A DNA stretch of 64,000 nucleotides. Source: Phaeosaccion multiseriatum. Lineage: Eukaryota; Protista; Ochrophyta, other classes. The translations under genes and the position numbers were made by a program. Within the stretch, counting starts at the first letter, position 1, and the number at the start of each line of letters is the position of its first letter. The stretch covers positions 868,001 through 932,000 of the forward strand of contig OZ218952.1 in the NCBI GenBank assembly GCA_965112735.1, given 5' to 3'. This document shows, one piece after another, positions 13,413 through 29,167 of the stretch. The notes beneath the pieces are model-generated. The model made no database searches and had not been told where the DNA came from. It saw only the letters and a list, made by a program, of their open reading frames with translations.

Positions 13413-14088
13413 CCACGAGCAGGACAAGGCGCTTTCAACGAAGGACCGCGTCATCGCCGGCATGAGTGAGATCGGTCCCTCCGTCTTTCTCGGGGGCGGC
13501 ACCACCCTGCTGGGTATTATCCCTCTCGGCTTCGCTCAGAACGACATTTTCCGCATCTTCTGCAGGGTACGTGAGGACAAAGCTTTATGACTAGACAGCA
13601 GCCGTCGCCACCACCACCTCCTCCTCCTCCTATGACTATGACTATGACTATGACCAGACGGCAGCCGTCGTGTCGTTTCGTCGCCAAGACGCAGCGGTCG
13701 CGTCGTTTCCTTTGGCATCGTGTAGAAACGCCTGTGTCTAAACCTTTTTGCTGTTGTCATCGGCAATCCCTTACTCACTCCCTCTCTCCCTCCCTCCCTC
13801 ACTCCCTCCCTCACTCCCTCCCCCCCCCCCCTCCCCTCTCCCCTCTCCCCCCCCCCCCCGTCGCAGATGTTCTTCTGCATCATCGTATTCGGCGTGTTCC
13901 ACGGAATTGTCTTCGTGCCCGTCCTCCTCAGCTTCGACCCCACCAAAAACGGGGGTCACTCCCTCCCCAGCGCCGCCGCCGCCGCTGCCGCTATTGGTGA
14001 TACGCACCACGATGCGCAACAGAACGGCCTGCACGCCGGGCCTGGCAAGGGCAACGGCTCGCAAGCTGTCATCGCGGGGGGGGGGTAA
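6619..14088 (+). CDS. Patched/NPC1-like sterol-sensing-domain (RND superfamily) 12-13 TM protein, about 18 exons
   Basis: Spliced motifs include GYWVASHRRTTI, GRSLDDELERSV, VLPFIIVGIGVDDMYII (SSD GxxxDD), SITYTSLTDITAFLLG, ITFFVAVLAYDNERQRAGRLD, GFDLVTLVPD.SYV, VMAVGLIVDWIAH, GPSVFLGGGTTLLG and MFFCIIVFGVFHGIVFVPVLLS. The stop is TAA at 14088. The start could instead be the ATG at 6649. Confidence 0.9.
10622..10930. repeat. Degenerate (TCAC)n microsatellite in a Patched/NPC1 intron
   Basis: About 300 bp of CACT/TCAC units. Confidence 0.85.
12492..12557. repeat. 20-21 bp tandem repeat (CAAGGGGCAGTACAGTAAGT) x3, intronic
   Basis: Three near-identical units are directly visible. Confidence 0.8.
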
Positions 14089-14823
14089 CGTACTGTAACG
14101 GCCAGGGCATGACACAGCCAAATGAAGGGATGGATCACAGGATGGATGAATGAAAGGATGGATGAAGGGATGGATCACAGGATGGATGAAAGATTCAAAA
14201 GGTTATAGTAGGCAAGAGGGGAGAGGGACGGAGGGAGGGAGGGAGGGAGGGAGGGGTGTGGGGGTGGGAATTCTTTCGTCCGCTCATCGTACTGCGGCCT
14301 CGCATGAAGGGATGAACGGGTGCACGAAGGTCGTTAAAAAGGCAAACGGGGGGAGCGTTTTACATTGCAGCGTCGTTGATTTTCAACGTTGGCTCTTCTA
14401 GTTGGTGTATTGTCCGAAAAGAGAGGGCGTGAAAAGGACTGGACTGTTATTTTGAAAGGTTGTGTTATTAAATCAAGCATTGCTTCTTGGGTGGAGGAGC
14501 GGTTATAATCGGCTCAGCTCTTGAAGCTCCGGACTGGGTGGCGTGATAAAAAGCCTCTATACAAGTGGCAAGGTGTGCAGTGAAGGGAAAGGGGAGATGA
14601 ATGAAATGGGGGCCATTTTTGGCTTATTATGTGAAGTATATCACATACTTATAGCGGGGGGGACATTGATGGCTCTACCAGCCCTCTTCCTTCTATACTT
14701 CTTTCGATAAGAAAAATACGTGCCTGCATAATTAAAAGAGTCGCTCTTCCTTCCCTCTTCTGCTTCGCTACCAGGTGCTGGTTTTTGCAGAGGAGGTTTG
14801 CATTGTGCGCCCTCTGCCACTGG

Positions 14824-14918
14824 CTAAACCACTACAAACTCAAACTGAGCGTCGTTAGGATCCACCTTGTCTTCAGCCTCGTCGTTGCGCCGCTGTCTTC
14901 TGTCTCCTCCTCCTCCTC

Positions 14919-14970
<52 letters not shown>

Positions 14971-15705
14971 TGCGGTTGCTGCTACTGTTCCTTCTCCTGC
15001 TGCTGCTCCTCCTCCTGCTGCTGCTGCTGCTGCTCCTCCTCCTGCCGCCGCCGCTGCTGCTGCTGCTGCTCCTCCTCCTCCTCCTCCTTCTCCTCCCCCC
15101 CCTCCTCCTCCTCCTCCTCCTCCTCCTCCTCCTCCTCCTCCTCCATCCGCAGCCTCCTCCTCCTCCACCTCCTCCCCCTCCTCGCTTATTGTGGAGGGCA
15201 GCAGCAGACCATCTATACTAAACAGCACACCAGCGCAGGAGCTGAAAAGATTTGGCTGGTTGATTATGGTTTGTGCCCCCCTGGCATCAGTTATCACACC
15301 AGCAGCGTTGATGGAGAAGGTTTCGCCGATGGCGAGAGTCGTCACTGTAGTACTGAGCACCTCCGAGACAGGTCGAGCCCCGGGCACAATGTGATAGCGA
15401 AGGATTTCGCCGAGAGCCTCGGTGTCGATCGAAGCAACATTAGTAGTGCCGAGGGAGAGTGCGGCGAACGCCTCGTCCGTCGGAAGGAAGATGGTTAGCT
15501 TCTGCTCGGTCTCCGCAAAGATGGTGGCGATGCCTGCCGCCGCGAGAGCCGCAAGAGCCGTGTCGAACTCCCCTTCGTTGTCTCCACCAGGAGCGTTAAG
15601 CTCCGTCAGGCTTGTCACCAAGCTCTTACACTCCCTCTGAGCACCCGCCAGAGCGACGACTACGGCCACGGCTGCAGCTATAGCGAGCTTGGAGATAGGA
15701 GGCAT
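14824..15705 (-). CDS. Secreted fasciclin (FAS1) domain protein, copy 1, intronless
   Basis: Signal peptide MPPISKLAIAAAVAVVVALAGA. FAS1 H1 motif LTIFLPTDEAFAAL, YH motif ILRYHIV, H2 motif GVLFSIDGLLLP. It ends in a low-complexity G/A tail whose frame is uncertain. Confidence 0.88.
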
Positions 15706-15974
15706 GGAATGCTTCTGGGCCGTAAGAACCCCCTCCTGGCTTCGGGCTTCTGGCCGCAGGCCAGCGCTGGCTTCCCGGCTTTCGGCCGTAGGCCGCCTCT
15801 GGCTTCTGGCTTGTCACTCTTTCCCGCTGGTGACTTGCTTCTGCTGGTCGCAGCCCAGCCCCTGGCTTCTCGGCTTTGGCCGACAAAAGGCAAAAAGGGC
15901 TCACTGTGATATATGGTCACAGCTGGCGCCTGCTCCCTCATTTCCCTCTCTCTCTCTCTCTCTCTCCTCTCTTG

Positions 15975-16360
15975 TTCAGTAGAGGAGGAATAATTCCAGG
16001 CGAGGAGGCCAGCCCGCCTTTGCCCATCCACGCACCCAAACACCCCCACCACACTCCCCTTACTGTATGGTGGCGAGAAGTTCAGCGCGTGTATGTGAGG
16101 CGCCTTCGCACTCACTCACGTGCTGCTGCCAGGGGCGGTGGCGGCGGCGGCGGGGAGGAAGCGAGCAGATGGCAACCGAAGGGGGATGATGAGGTGCTCC
16201 GGCGATACGACGACTCGACGCTCCGGGTGGCGGCGGCGGGGGTGAGCAGGGGGAGGTGTTGCGGGAGCTGCGCGAGGAGAGAGAGAGCCCTCTGGCGCAT
16301 TGGCCTCGGCTGATGGGGGCAGGAAGTGTGACAGTGACTACCGTCCCCGAAGAAGGTGCA
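15975..16360. pseudogene. Rearranged, decayed copy of part of the last Nup107 exon
   Basis: 16076-16293 matches the reverse complement of about 18245-18415 (AGTTCAGCGCGTGTATG..AGGCGCCTTCGCACTCAC..GCAGATGGCAACCGA..GCTGCGCGAGGA). 16295-16360 matches 18506-18572 in direct orientation (GGGGGCA.GAAGTG..TGACT.CCGTCCCCGA..AGAAGGTGCA). Confidence 0.85.
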
Positions 16361-16462
16361 TCCGTCTGCTACTCAGGGATGCTCAGGCATCATATTGTAG
16401 AAAAAGAAAAGAAAAAGATGAGAGAGCGTGTGCTTTAAGTGTGGTTTCCTTTAAGGAGTAGG

Positions 16463-17435
16463 CTATTCATCCTCCTCCTCCTCGGACGAGTCGGACGATT
16501 CCTCCTCCTCGTCTTCGTCCTCCTCCTCCTCCTCCTCCTCCTCCTCCTCCTCCTCCTCCTCCTCCTCCGCCTCCTCCTCCTCCTGATCGCCGTCCTCTTC
16601 CTCCCCGTCTTCACCAGGAGTCTGGTCGCCGACAGTCGAGGGGAAAATCACAAGTTCAATGACATGCACTACCCCCGCGCAGGAGATCGAGAGATCCGGC
16701 CCGCTGATATTGGCCGTACGGCCCAGCGCGTCAGTGATCACACCCTCGGCGCTGACGGAGAAGGTTTCACCATTGAGGGTCGTGATTTCGTTTCCCAAAA
16801 CGTCTTGGGCAGGAAGAGCGCCTGGGGCGACGTGATATGTCAGGACTTCGACGAGAAGATTGTTGGGGACGGGCGCGGATGCGACATCGAAGCAAGTGTT
16901 TGAAACCTCGTCACCCGTGCACAACAACTGAGCGGCGAACGCCTCGTCGGTCGGAAGGAAGATGGTCAGCGCCTGTGAGGGAAGTACGGCAAAAGTGCGA
17001 GATAAAGGATGTCAGATTTGATTTCTCGCTTCGCGCCCTCTGTCCTACAGTTGACTGACGCACCTCCTCGCTCTCGGTCAAGGTTGTTCCCAAGTCCGCC
17101 GCCACTAAAGCGGCAAGAGCAGTGTCAAACTGCCCTGGAATGATGGAAAGTGTCAGAGTGCGCGAGGGAAGTGAGGTAGACAGAGCGGGCGGGAGTCAGA
17201 GCGGGCGGGGCATCGAGGAGTAAGAGGCAAAGCACAACAAGGCGCGTAATGCTATGCTTGCACCTTCATTGTCACCACCAGCAGCATTCAGCTCTGTGAG
17301 AACGGCCACCAGGTCAGTGTCACACTCCTCGGCGACGGGGGCAGTGGTGGCCTCAGGGGTGGCCTCCTGAGCACCTGCCAGAGCGACGATTGCTGCCACC
17401 ACTGCGGCCAGAGCGAGCTTAGAGATGGGAGACAT
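16463..17435 (-). CDS. Secreted fasciclin (FAS1) domain protein, copy 2, 3 exons
   Basis: Exons are 17435-17264, 17134-17064 and 16972-16463, with GT-AG introns. Spliced product: MSPISKLALAAVVAAIVALAGA..TELNAAGGDNEG|QFDTALAALVAA..EE|ALTIFLPTDEAF..VLTYHV..GVVHVIELVIFP, followed by an acidic tail. Confidence 0.9.
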
Positions 17436-17649
17436 GGAGGCGGAGGATGCGATAGAATGCTCGAAAACGTAGCGGGGGGGGGGGAGAAGTAAGTTGTGGT
17501 GGTGCGGGTCGTGCGGGTCGTCGGGCCGAGATCCAATATTGACACACAAAAAAAAGGGCTCGGGGAACGTTCGTAGCGTTGGGAAGCTAGTTGGTGATAC
17601 AGTCGTCGCCATTTGGTTTTAAACTTTTTATTTTTTACCTCTCCTCTCG

Positions 17650-23002
<5,353 letters not shown>

Positions 23003-23364
23003 GCTGTCACTAAGCCGCAACTTACCAACCCTACGAAAATTCAGTACAGCCCCAGTTATCAGAGGTGGGGCAGTAGAGCAGGCGAGGGAGGAACAGGAGG
23101 GGAGGGAGGAAAAGGGAGGAGAGTAAGTTTCAGTTTCAGTTGATGTATTTTGTTTTCCCGATCGATCTCAATCGATCTTGCTGCTTCGACCGAGGACCTC
23201 ACCACTGTTTGCGCTCTTCTTCCCTTTGTCTATTTGCCTCTTGGATACACTGCCCTACTCCCAAGCCGCATCTCCGTCATAGCCGCGGAGCTAAAGCTCG
23301 CCCGGCAGCTTGTACGGAGTCTCCGGGCGACCCGAAGGAACCCTTCCCAGATTTGAACATCATC

Positions 23365-24138
23365 ATGGGGAATTTCCTTTCCTCCTCCGCTCACAAGGAC
23401 CTCGCTGAGGAGATTCATCGCCTTCGTGCGGAGATCGAGTGCCTCAGCAAAGCCCATGGCACTTCGAAGGAAGAGGTGCGGGAACTCAAGGCCAGAATGG
23501 CGGAGCTTCAGGCAGAGGCACCCATCGCATTGAACGATCTGAAGGCGGGCCTCGATAAAGCCGAGTCGGACCGAGTCGCTTGGGCTACAGCCGCCTCTCT
23601 TGAGAAGGACGAGAAACTGATGGAGAGGGTGGAAGAGACGCGGGTAGCGTTCGAGACAAGCGTGGGCGTGCTTCGCTCGGCCTTGGATGACTTGTCCGCG
23701 CAGGCCACCGCTTCTGGCAACGCGGTCGAAGAAAATCGGGTAGCGATCGAGAAGAGTGTGGGTTCGCTTCACTCGGCCATGTGCGAGGTAGCCTCGAAGG
23801 TCACCGCTCTGGAGGAGGGCCAGAAGGGTGACACGGCCTTTTCGAAGGCCATGAGGGGTTTTTTCCCGGGCGGGAGCAGCAGCACCGAGAGCAGCAGCGA
23901 CAGCAGCGACAGCAGCAACAGCAGCGACAGCAGCGATAGCAGCGGCAGTAAGAGAAGGAGGAGTAGTAGTAGCAGCAGCAGCAGCAACAGCAGTTGTAGC
24001 AGCAGCAGCAGCACCACCACCACCAGCAACACCAGCACCAGCGCAGTGACGCCACGCGATTCCTCCTCCTCCAAACGGCGAAAGCAGGGACACGGCATCG
24101 CTTCAGTGATCAAGCCCGGACCAGCGCCAGAGGAATGA
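23365..24138 (+). CDS. Hypothetical coiled-coil protein with an N-myristoylation-like start and a Ser-rich tail, intronless
   Basis: It starts MGNFLSSS (MGxxxS), has about 150 aa of heptad-like helix (LAEEIHRLRAEIECLSK..VRELKARMAELQ) and then an (AGC)n tail. Confidence 0.5.
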   Translation: MGNFLSSSAHKDLAEEIHRLRAEIECLSKAHGTSKEEVRELKARMAELQAEAPIALNDLKAGLDKAESDRVAWATAASLEKDEKLMERVEETRVAFETSVGVLRSALDDLSAQATASGNAVEENRVAIEKSVGSLHSAMCEVASKVTALEEGQKGDTAFSKAMRGFFPGGSSSTESSSDSSDSSNSSDSSDSSGSKRRRSSSSSSSSNSSCSSSSSTTTTSNTSTSAVTPRDSSSSKRRKQGHGIASVIKPGPAPEE

Positions 24139-24815
24139 AGCCCAGATCAGCTCCAGCCACTGAGCAGTAGCACCGGGTGGTGCTCGAAGTGAGTGCTGCC
24201 CCTTCCCCGAAGGAGGATACTCAGCAGCGCTCACCCGCGCGGAGTCGAGGTCGAACAGGAGAGCGACCTTTGCCCCCGGCGTGCTACTCGCCACACTCTT
24301 GGGTCCTTGGTACACTGCTTCGGTACGGAGGCCCATTGCATGGCCTCGCTCGTCTCCCCGTGCGTCTCCTACTACGACCCTTGCTTCACGAGCTTGCTTG
24401 CTTGTAGCGGATGGCTGGCGGACGCGACGAGTGACCACGTTTTTTTTGTTTTCTGCTGACAAGGCAAAACCATCCCTCTTGCCGAAGTGTGCAGGATCGC
24501 GCTTCGATACGGACAAGGGCGAGCCAAGATGTACAGCAATGCGAGCGGGAGGTTTTTATAGGGAGAGGGAGAGAGGGAGGGTCTAGTGTACGAGTTCAGG
24601 ACATCGGGCACCAGCCAATCAAATGAAGAAAAAGGCAATCAATTCCATCCCCCCGTCTTCGCAGAAGTGGCACGGCACTTGAACTCGCAAGTAGGAGGGA
24701 GGAGGGGGGCGACGAGATGAGTGAGAGAGTCGAAGAAGAGAGGATCGAGGATCAAAAACTGAAACGAAAACTGCCCTTCCCCCGGCCCGCCATAAATCCC
24801 ATAAACCGGTGTGTG

Positions 24816-25968
24816 ATGCCACGAGGAGGCGGGGCGCAGCCGATACTGCGTCCTATCTTGGCTCTTGTGGGTCTTGTGTTACTGACTGTGGAAGCAGGCG
24901 CCATGACAATGTCGTGGCTGGGCCAGAGCTTCAACTCAAAGGCGATGCTGACCTTGGGGAAGGTGATGCGCCAACCCAACCTCGCGGTGCCTAAGCTCAC
25001 CCTCGATCACGTGGGTCTTATCGACTTTGCCGAGCTGCGAAGGCAGGGAATCAGGGGGATCATCTTCGACAAGGACAACACGCTGACTGCTCCCTATGTG
25101 GAGGAGCTGCACCCCCTCGTAGAGGAGGGCTTGGCGAGGTGCAAGAAGGAGTTTGGAGACAGGTGAGTCCTACGGCGAGCGACAAATAGCGCTAAAAGCC
25201 ATAGAGCTGGACACCTTGTCTCTCTCTCTCTCCTTACGAGATGCCCCATCCGCTTCTCTCTCATCCCCTCATCAATCTGTGTGGACTCTCCCATTCATCC
25301 CCACCTCCTGCTCCTCCTCCTCCTCCTCCTCCTCCTCCTCCTCCTCCTCCTCCTCCTCCACTGCCCACTGTCATAGGGTTTGTATCATGAGCAACTCTGC
25401 AGGCACCAACGACGACGCGGAATTTGTGGCGGCTCTTCGCATTGAGGAAAAGCTCGGCATTCCCGTGCTACGCCACACAGAGAAGAAGCCGGGAGGACTG
25501 GCAGAAACCTTAGCATTCTTCTCCTCGCAGAGCCCTTCCGCGGAAGGGGCAGCAGCAGCAGACGACCGCGGCACGCCGGGCGGAGTTGGGGCAGAGGCTG
25601 CGGCGGTGGCGGCAGCACCAGCACCAGCAGAAGAAGATGGGGGAGGGGAAGGTCCCATCCACCCCTCCAACCTCTGCGTCATTGGCGACCGCCTGCTGAC
25701 AGATATTGTCTTTGGTAACTTACACGGCATGTTCACGATCCACACCTTGCCCCTGACCCTCAAGGGTGACAACGTGGTGGCGGCAGCGGCTCGATTCCTC
25801 GAATCTAAGCTCATCCTCCCTCTGCTACGGAGGAAGTATCGGGTCACGGGCCTCCCCCCGCCGCCGGTACCTGAGGCCAGAGTCGCAGACCCACCGCACG
25901 GTGATGCTGCTGCCTCCCCCTCTCTCCGCTCGGAGGAAGAGCATGAGGAGGCTGATCGAAAGCCGTAG
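24816..25968 (+). CDS. HAD IIIA phosphatidylglycerophosphate phosphatase (GEP4/PGPP1-like), 2 exons
   Basis: Exons are 24816-25162 and 25377-25968. Motifs: GQSFN, GIIFDKDNTLTAPY, IMSNSAGT.DD, VLRH.EKKPG and VIGDRLLTDIVFGNLHG. There is an N-terminal hydrophobic targeting segment. Confidence 0.9.
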
Positions 25969-26512
25969 GCATTTGGTCTGCGGTCACTGGAGCTCAGAGA
26001 GAGGAGAGACGTGAGCATGTGCGCTCGCACACGCACTGTGTCAGAGAGAGAGGCGCACACACACACACAATGCAGCTGATGTATAACTAACTATACAGCA
26101 GGCGCGAAGAGAGAGAGAGGCAGCACGAGATGAAGCGAGAGAAGAGACGAAGAGCTGGGGAGTAGTTCATACCCACTCATTTACTACTTGAGAGGCATTT
26201 ATCACTCTTCAGATGTGGAGCAGATTGGATCCGCGCCAGATGCGAGGAGAGAGAGAGGCCTGTTGCGAAGGTTGCCTGGGAAGGGATGTCTCCCTCCCTC
26301 CCTCCCTCCCTCTTTACAGCCAGATACTGTAAAAGCCTTTCATGCAGGGGAGAAAGCGTTGAGCTGTCCCTACATGAGTACTGAGTGAGTCAGAGTTATA
26401 TATATACAGTATTTGGGTGAATATTATAATTCCACTGTTACACTCCATCCCCCTCCACTGGTCCCCCTACTGGCTCCTCTGCTGAATGGCTCTTACGATG
26501 TACTTGAAGTAT

Positions 26513-26951
26513 CAGCCCCATGCACGCCTAGCGGTTTTGCTCTAGGCCGCTCACTTTTCAGTCCTAGGCGGCCTCTAGCCCGCCTCTAGGCAGCCTCCCA
26601 GTGATCGTGGGCGCGTGCGTGGTGCCGCCCAGCCAGTGGCTGGGTAGCAGCACACCTGTAGGCCTGCACTCCTCGTAGGGCCAGCGAGGCGGAAAGAGAC
26701 AGCACGAACCTCTACTCCTCACTTCCAATCCCATGCAATACATACATTTGCTTAAAACTGACTACTCTTTGCACTCTGGGCACTTCCACCGTCCGCCTAG
26801 TTGGCGTCTGCCCTAGGCCGCGGGCCTCCGGCCCGCCTAGGCCGCCTAGGCGGCGGCATATATATAGGCCGAGGGCCTACGGCCCTCGCTAGGCCGGGCA
26901 ATTTTCCCAAATAGGCCTAGGCGTAAGGCCGCTAGGCGTGCATGGGGCTGA
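26513..26951. mobile_element. Non-autonomous DNA transposon (MITE), hAT-like
   Basis: A perfect inverted repeat ATCAGCCCCATGCACGCCTAGCGG at 26511-26534 pairs with 26929-26952. The 8 bp direct repeat TGAAGTAT sits at 26505-26512 and 26952-26959. The interior has many CCTAG/CTAGG subterminal repeats and no ORF. Confidence 0.85.
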
Positions 26952-27579
26952 TGAAGTATTCTGTATGCCCTCGTTGAGAGCATGCTTACCATCGCTCGGG
27001 CCCCGGCCCGGTAGCAGAGCGCCACTTGTTCCTGGAACGGGCGCAGCTTTCGGAGAGACCTTCGGCCCTGGACAAGATTCCTAAATCCCCCCCAGTAATC
27101 AGGTAATCTTGTCCAGGGCCGACAAAACCTCGCCCCACGCGCAGGGAGTAGCGAAGGCGTGGCGCTTCATTGTCGGACGTGGTCGGCCGACGTCGGCTTA
27201 AGGAGTCCCTTGCCGGCGTGGCTACCGTGGGACTCATGGTATCACGCCGGCTAGGACGACGCGCCGATGCCAGGAAGGACTCAAGGCAACACGTACTTGC
27301 CGAGTCCTCGCTTCGCCTGGCTGGCTGGGGCTGATGCCGCCGCGGACGTGGCATAGCGATTGCTGAGCAGAGTCTTGGGCACTGGGCCTTGCTCTGATGC
27401 GGTGATCGCCTCTTGCTTGCTTAAAGCCGCTCCGCCCCCCCCCCCCCGTCAAGTTAAGGAGGCTGCTGCTGCATCTCTTGCTTGGCCGGTCCCGTGTGGC
27501 GCGATCACTCCTCAACCGAAAGAATACTACGTCCAACCTTTTCTCTTCTTCTCCTCCCACCTGCCCCCCGACCTCCTCA

Positions 27580-27942
27580 TCACCAAGGGTCATCAAGCCT
27601 GCGTGGTGCAGTACAGTGAATTCGATCACTTGGGTCACAGAAGAAGGGCGACGAATGACGCAAGAGCTCTTCCTCCCACAACGACTCTCCTCCAGCGCCC
27701 TGCTCTCAAGCCGAACTTGTTGGCGGGGAGCATTCAGTGGTGCGCGCGGTGTCAATGGACATGGCCCTCAGCTCCCGCCCCTCTACTTCACCCGGGATGA
27801 GAAGAGTGGAACCTCTCCGAAGGGTGAGGGGGGGGACTCCATTCTCCTTCTCCAAGGCCTTCTTCCTGCCCGTCCACTCCTCCGTCATCTTTCGTTGCCT
27901 CGCCACCTGTTGATGCTGCATCTGGCTCGCTCCTGATCCCAT
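27580..27942 (-). pseudogene. Disrupted paralog of the small MGSGxSQM protein at 40030-40494
   Basis: Reads MGSGASQM..GVPPLTLRRGSTLLIPG..TARTTECSPPTSSA*EQG..LWEEELL..SPFFCDPSD..RRLDD. Similarity to the 40 kb copy continues across the TGA at 27706-27708. Confidence 0.7.
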
Positions 27943-28349
27943 CGTGTTACTATTGTTTGTGGTCGTCGCTTAGTCTGTTGTTGTTTTGCTTGCGTCTTGC
28001 TTCCTCCTCCTTGTCTTCTTGTTGATGTTCGGTGTTCGATAGTAGTCGACCACCAGCGTGTCCCAGCTTGCACTTACAGTTGCTCTTTTTGACTCCTTTC
28101 GCTGCTGAGAAGTGTGAAAATCCCGACGAAACCATGAAGGGGCCGGGGTACGAAGCCCAAAAAGGAGGCGCTTTTCCGTAATGGCGAAAGTAACTGTCAA
28201 CGGATCGTCAACGCCTCGTAGCTCGTAGCTCAACTCCGTGCCACACATTATACGACACTTTCGGCGCAGCCGCCCTGAGCCCTCAACTTACCCTTACCCA
28301 CCCACGCACTCACTTGTTGAAGACGAAACACTATCTCACAAACCCACTC

Positions 28350-28727
28350 ACAATCACTCACTCATTCACTCACTCACTCATTCACTCACTCACTCACTCA
28401 CTCACTCACTCACTCACTCACTCACTCACTCACTCACTCACCTACTCACGCGATCACTCAGTGCACTTACTCACTCGGTGACACTCATCACTCACCTATT
28501 CACACACTCAGTGACAGGTAACTCATTCACTCTCAGTCATTCACTCAGTGCACTCACTCACTCACTCCCGGCACCCACAACTAAGCGCCTAAGGCAACTC
28601 ACTCACGCACCATCTCACTCTCACTCACTCAGTTACACTCAATTCACTCAATGCACACTCACCCAGTCACTCGTCTGCTCACTCTCTAATTCCCGCACTC
28701 ACTCACTCACTCACTCACTCACTCACG
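28350..28727. repeat. Degenerate (TCAC)n microsatellite
   Basis: Long CACT runs. Confidence 0.85.
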
Positions 28728-29167
28728 TAGAGGCAACAAGCAGCACACACTCTGCACGACCCCCGGGGAAACGCCTGACCGAGGCACGTCACTGGAGATC
28801 TATCGTAGCAGTAAGGCTAGACGTCTGCTCGATGGAGCAGCCTCTTCCCCCACCGGTTTTCCTACACGCTACCTTCTCTTCATTGCCGGGGAACCTTTCC
28901 CACTTCCCCTTGACTTATCCCCACATCCCCACTCCTCCTTCCCTTCCCTTCGGGTCCCAAATAGCTTTAGGGTACAGTTAAGGATGGTGCTCTCATTGTA
29001 AAGGGTGGCTTTTCGATTCGTCTGGAAGGAGTAGCACAGATGAGGAGGGGAGATGGAAAAAGAGGAGGAGAAGAAAAAAAACTCAAATTTTCATTAACTT
29101 ACGCTGGCCCACAGCGCGCGCGGCGACCTTTTCTTCCACTAAAGTTTTCTTGCCCTTGCCTTGGGTG

